From positions 34,470 through 98,469 of the IMG/VR virus record IMGVR_UViG_3300046463_000520: DNA of 64,000 bases. One strand, given 5' to 3'. A program made the translations under genes and the position numbers. This document shows positions 61,837-64,000 of the stretch, piece by piece. Source of the DNA: a virus. The first letter of the stretch is position 1; each line of letters opens with the position of its first letter. The notes under the pieces were generated by a model. That model made no database searches, was not told where the DNA came from, and saw only the letters and a program-made list of their open reading frames with translations.

Positions 61837-62278
61837 CCCGCATCAACGCTCTTTTCTCCCGCGCCTATGAATGGCTTGCCGAAGACCCGTTCAATTCCAT
61901 CCTCGTGCTCACAAGCGGCACGGGCGTGGTCGGCGGCATCATCGGCGGCGTGGTCGGCGTGATTCTCTGCAAGGCCGTGTAATGGCCGGGCTTTGCTCGT
62001 TCTTCGGTATTTCGCTGGCTGTCGTGTGCATGGCTATGCCCGCGCACGTCAAGCCGCGACTGTGGGCCGCGCTCGCGCTGCTCGCCGTACTTCTCACCCT
62101 CGCTGGTATCCCTGCTATCCCTCAATAGGAGAATCACCATGAAACGTTCCGCTAACCGCTGGTCGATGAAGCATTCCGTCGTTCGCTGGTCTATCTGCAT
62201 GGCTTTCCTCATGGCGTTCGCCGCGCAGGGCGTCATTGCGACGTTCTCGCAGGAAGCGCAGGCAAGCGTCGCGAGCAA

Positions 62279-62620
62279 GTGACCATGCCGGGCATCGACA
62301 ATTCGCGCGGTACGGGTCGCACGACACGGATGCTGTTCCGCGCAATGTGTGCCGTCGCGAGCGGCAAGCAGGTCATTCTCGTGTCGCCGCACGCGTCGAT
62401 GACGCACTACATGCAAAAGGTGCTGCGCGATGCCGGGCTTGAACCGACGGACAAAGTGAAATTCGTGACGCTGCCCGTCGCGCGCGCCTTCGCAGACAGG
62501 CCGATCCCGCGTGACGTGCGGTTCTTCTACGATCACGTCGCGCTAGACGCTATCGAAATCGGCGGCGCGGATTGGGCGGCGCGCTCGCTCCTGCAAGACA
62601 GGGGAGTGCTCGCGGAGTGA
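62279..62620 (+). CDS. Small P-loop-like protein
   Basis: RGTGRTTRM. Confidence 0.5.
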   Translation: MTMPGIDNSRGTGRTTRMLFRAMCAVASGKQVILVSPHASMTHYMQKVLRDAGLEPTDKVKFVTLPVARAFADRPIPRDVRFFYDHVALDAIEIGGADWAARSLLQDRGVLAE

Positions 62621-62883
62621 GAATCCATATCAGCTATGGCCCGGCGCGTAAGAAGCCGCGCGTCGGCGACCGCCGCACCACGAAAAAGCACGGCGAACAG
62701 ATTCGCGTGTTCCGCATGGCGCGCTGGAACGGGCGAGTCATCGGATACGACTGCACGAACGGACGGCAGCAATACGATTGGGTTCCGCTCGCGGATGCAC
62801 ACAAACACGGCATGTCGCACCACTGGACGCCGGAAGAACGCGAGCGGTTTGCGCCGCCCGCACCAACGACCATCCCTGATTAG
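62617..62883 (+). CDS. Basic hypothetical protein
   Basis: GTGA coupling. Confidence 0.5.
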   Translation: MRIHISYGPARKKPRVGDRRTTKKHGEQIRVFRMARWNGRVIGYDCTNGRQQYDWVPLADAHKHGMSHHWTPEERERFAPPAPTTIPD

Positions 62884-62891
62884 GAAAAGAA

Positions 62892-63275
62892 ATGAAGAAA
62901 CTGCTTTTGCTCGCCGCGTGCTCTGCCGCTGCACTGCTGTCCGGTTGTGACAATGACGCGCGGGTAGCGTCGCGCAACCTGTCCGAAGCGGCGGACAACT
63001 TTCAGATTGCGCGCCGTGTCGTGTTCTACAACGGCATTACCGGCGAGTACATTCTGAGCGTGGAAGGGCTGTGTTCGATTGATAACGACGCGGCGGCGCG
63101 CAAGGTGGCAATAACCTGCAAGACCGCGCCGGGCGTGTTCAAAAAGCATTTCCTCGGCCTGTCGGACAACGTGACGTACTTCGCCGAACAGATGGACGCC
63201 GCGAGCGTGAGCACGGCGCGCTACAAGGTGACGTTCAAGCCGTCCGTGATTGTGCCGGACGTGCAACTGCGATAA
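62892..63275 (+). CDS. Phage lipoprotein
   Basis: Lipobox LSGC; ASRNLS.AADNF...RRVVFYNGIT. Confidence 0.8.
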   Translation: MKKLLLLAACSAAALLSGCDNDARVASRNLSEAADNFQIARRVVFYNGITGEYILSVEGLCSIDNDAAARKVAITCKTAPGVFKKHFLGLSDNVTYFAEQMDAASVSTARYKVTFKPSVIVPDVQLR

Positions 63276-63297
63276 GGCCCCGCTCTGCATCAACGCC

Positions 63298-63321
63298 AAG
63301 CCCGCCGTGTGTGGGCTTTTT
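63298..63321 (+). terminator. Rho-independent terminator
   Basis: AAGCCCGC..GTGGGCTT followed by a T-tract. Confidence 0.75.
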
Positions 63322-63333
63322 CACATTCGACCC

Positions 63334-63364
63334 CTTGCAATGTCATTCGTGAGCGCATACGATT
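63334..63364 (+). promoter_or_regulatory. Early promoter/operator box, copy D
   Basis: TTGCAA-TGTCATTCGTGAGCGCA-TACGAT. Confidence 0.8.
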
Positions 63365-63399
63365 CAACTTAACGAATCACTTCCCCCGGAGAACGCACC

Positions 63400-63582
63400 A
63401 TGAACGCACCGAAAATCGTCATCAAGAATCAACCGCGTGCTTGGCAATCCCTGCGCAACTTCGCATGGAGCGATAGCCGCCCGTTCGTCGTGTACGTCGA
63501 TGGCAGGGTCGCGCTCGACAAGCAAGGCCGTGAGCGTCGCTTCGAGTCGGAAGCGGGCGCGCGCAAGGCGTTCGCGAAGTGA
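63400..63582 (+). CDS. Small early protein
   Basis: RBS GGAG; first gene after box D. Confidence 0.65.
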   Translation: MNAPKIVIKNQPRAWQSLRNFAWSDSRPFVVYVDGRVALDKQGRERRFESEAGARKAFAK

Positions 63583-63707
63583 GCGGGACATTCAGACCGA
63601 AAAAGACGCACGCCTGCGAGAAATGCGGGTGGCGTGGACAACGCGCCCGCGTGCGCGCGTGTCCGCGCTGCGGGTTCTGGCATCCTAAGCCGGTCCCGAC
63701 CGCCTAA
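63579..63707 (+). CDS. 42-aa Zn-ribbon peptide (not in ORF track)
   Basis: CEKCGW...CPRCG; GTGA overlap. Confidence 0.55.
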   Translation: MSGTFRPKKTHACEKCGWRGQRARVRACPRCGFWHPKPVPTA

Positions 63708-63729
63708 CACCACAAGGGAGCACACAAGC

Positions 63730-64000
63730 ATGGAACATTGGATTGTCGATGACGTACAGGACGGCGGGCGCTGGCTTCTGTACAACGAAAAAGGAAGCGA
63801 CACGGAAGTTATCCACGTCAAAGGCACGCGCGAACTCGCGCAGCGCGTCGTGGATGGATTGAACGGCGGCGCGCAGGCGAGCATCGCCGACACAGCGGGG
63901 GCGAAGCTGGAAGGTGGCGAGTGGCGCGCGATCTTCAATTCCGCCCGAAGTCCTGATGCGACGTTCGAACAATTCTGTGGTTGGATGCGCGAAGAAATCG
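63730..64000 (+). CDS. Hypothetical protein (partial)
   Basis: RBS AAGGGAG; MEHWIVDD..., open to the window end. Confidence 0.55.
   Translation, partial: MEHWIVDDVQDGGRWLLYNEKGSDTEVIHVKGTRELAQRVVDGLNGGAQASIADTAGAKLEGGEWRAIFNSARSPDATFEQFCGWMREEI

Overview
A GC-rich 64-kb segment of a P1-like (Punavirus-type) myophage-plasmid. A betaproteobacterial, Burkholderiales-like host is an inference only. The window holds: (i) P1-type virion genes (tail fibre end and chaperone, portal, tape measure with a GH19 domain, tube, hub, spike, major capsid, sheath); (ii) a capsid-packaged anti-restriction set (InPase-DarA fusion, HExxH metallopeptidase protein, a third cargo protein, 2278-aa DarB methylase/SNF2 helicase, Ulx, Hdf); (iii) a lysis cassette followed by a stand-alone beta-helix gene; (iv) a plasmid module (Rep_3 initiator with iterons and DnaA box, dif-like site, H-NS, ParA with two RHH paralogs and a pentamer-phased centromere-like tract, MazF/DUF3018 TA); and (v) a lambdoid control, recombination and lytic replication arm (cI/cro, ERF, exonuclease, RdgC, replication protein with internal ori). 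Three dispersed regulatory motif families are visible by eye. The first is four sigma70 promoters sharing an invariant spacer core, each heading a cluster of tiny unknown genes; one cluster ends with an Aca-like RHH gene (candidate anti-defence regulon). The second is six exactly spaced TAGGAAAACG-N27-GANAMT late promoters. The third is 14-bp cI-type operators. Product calls come from remembered family motifs and gene order; no searches were run.
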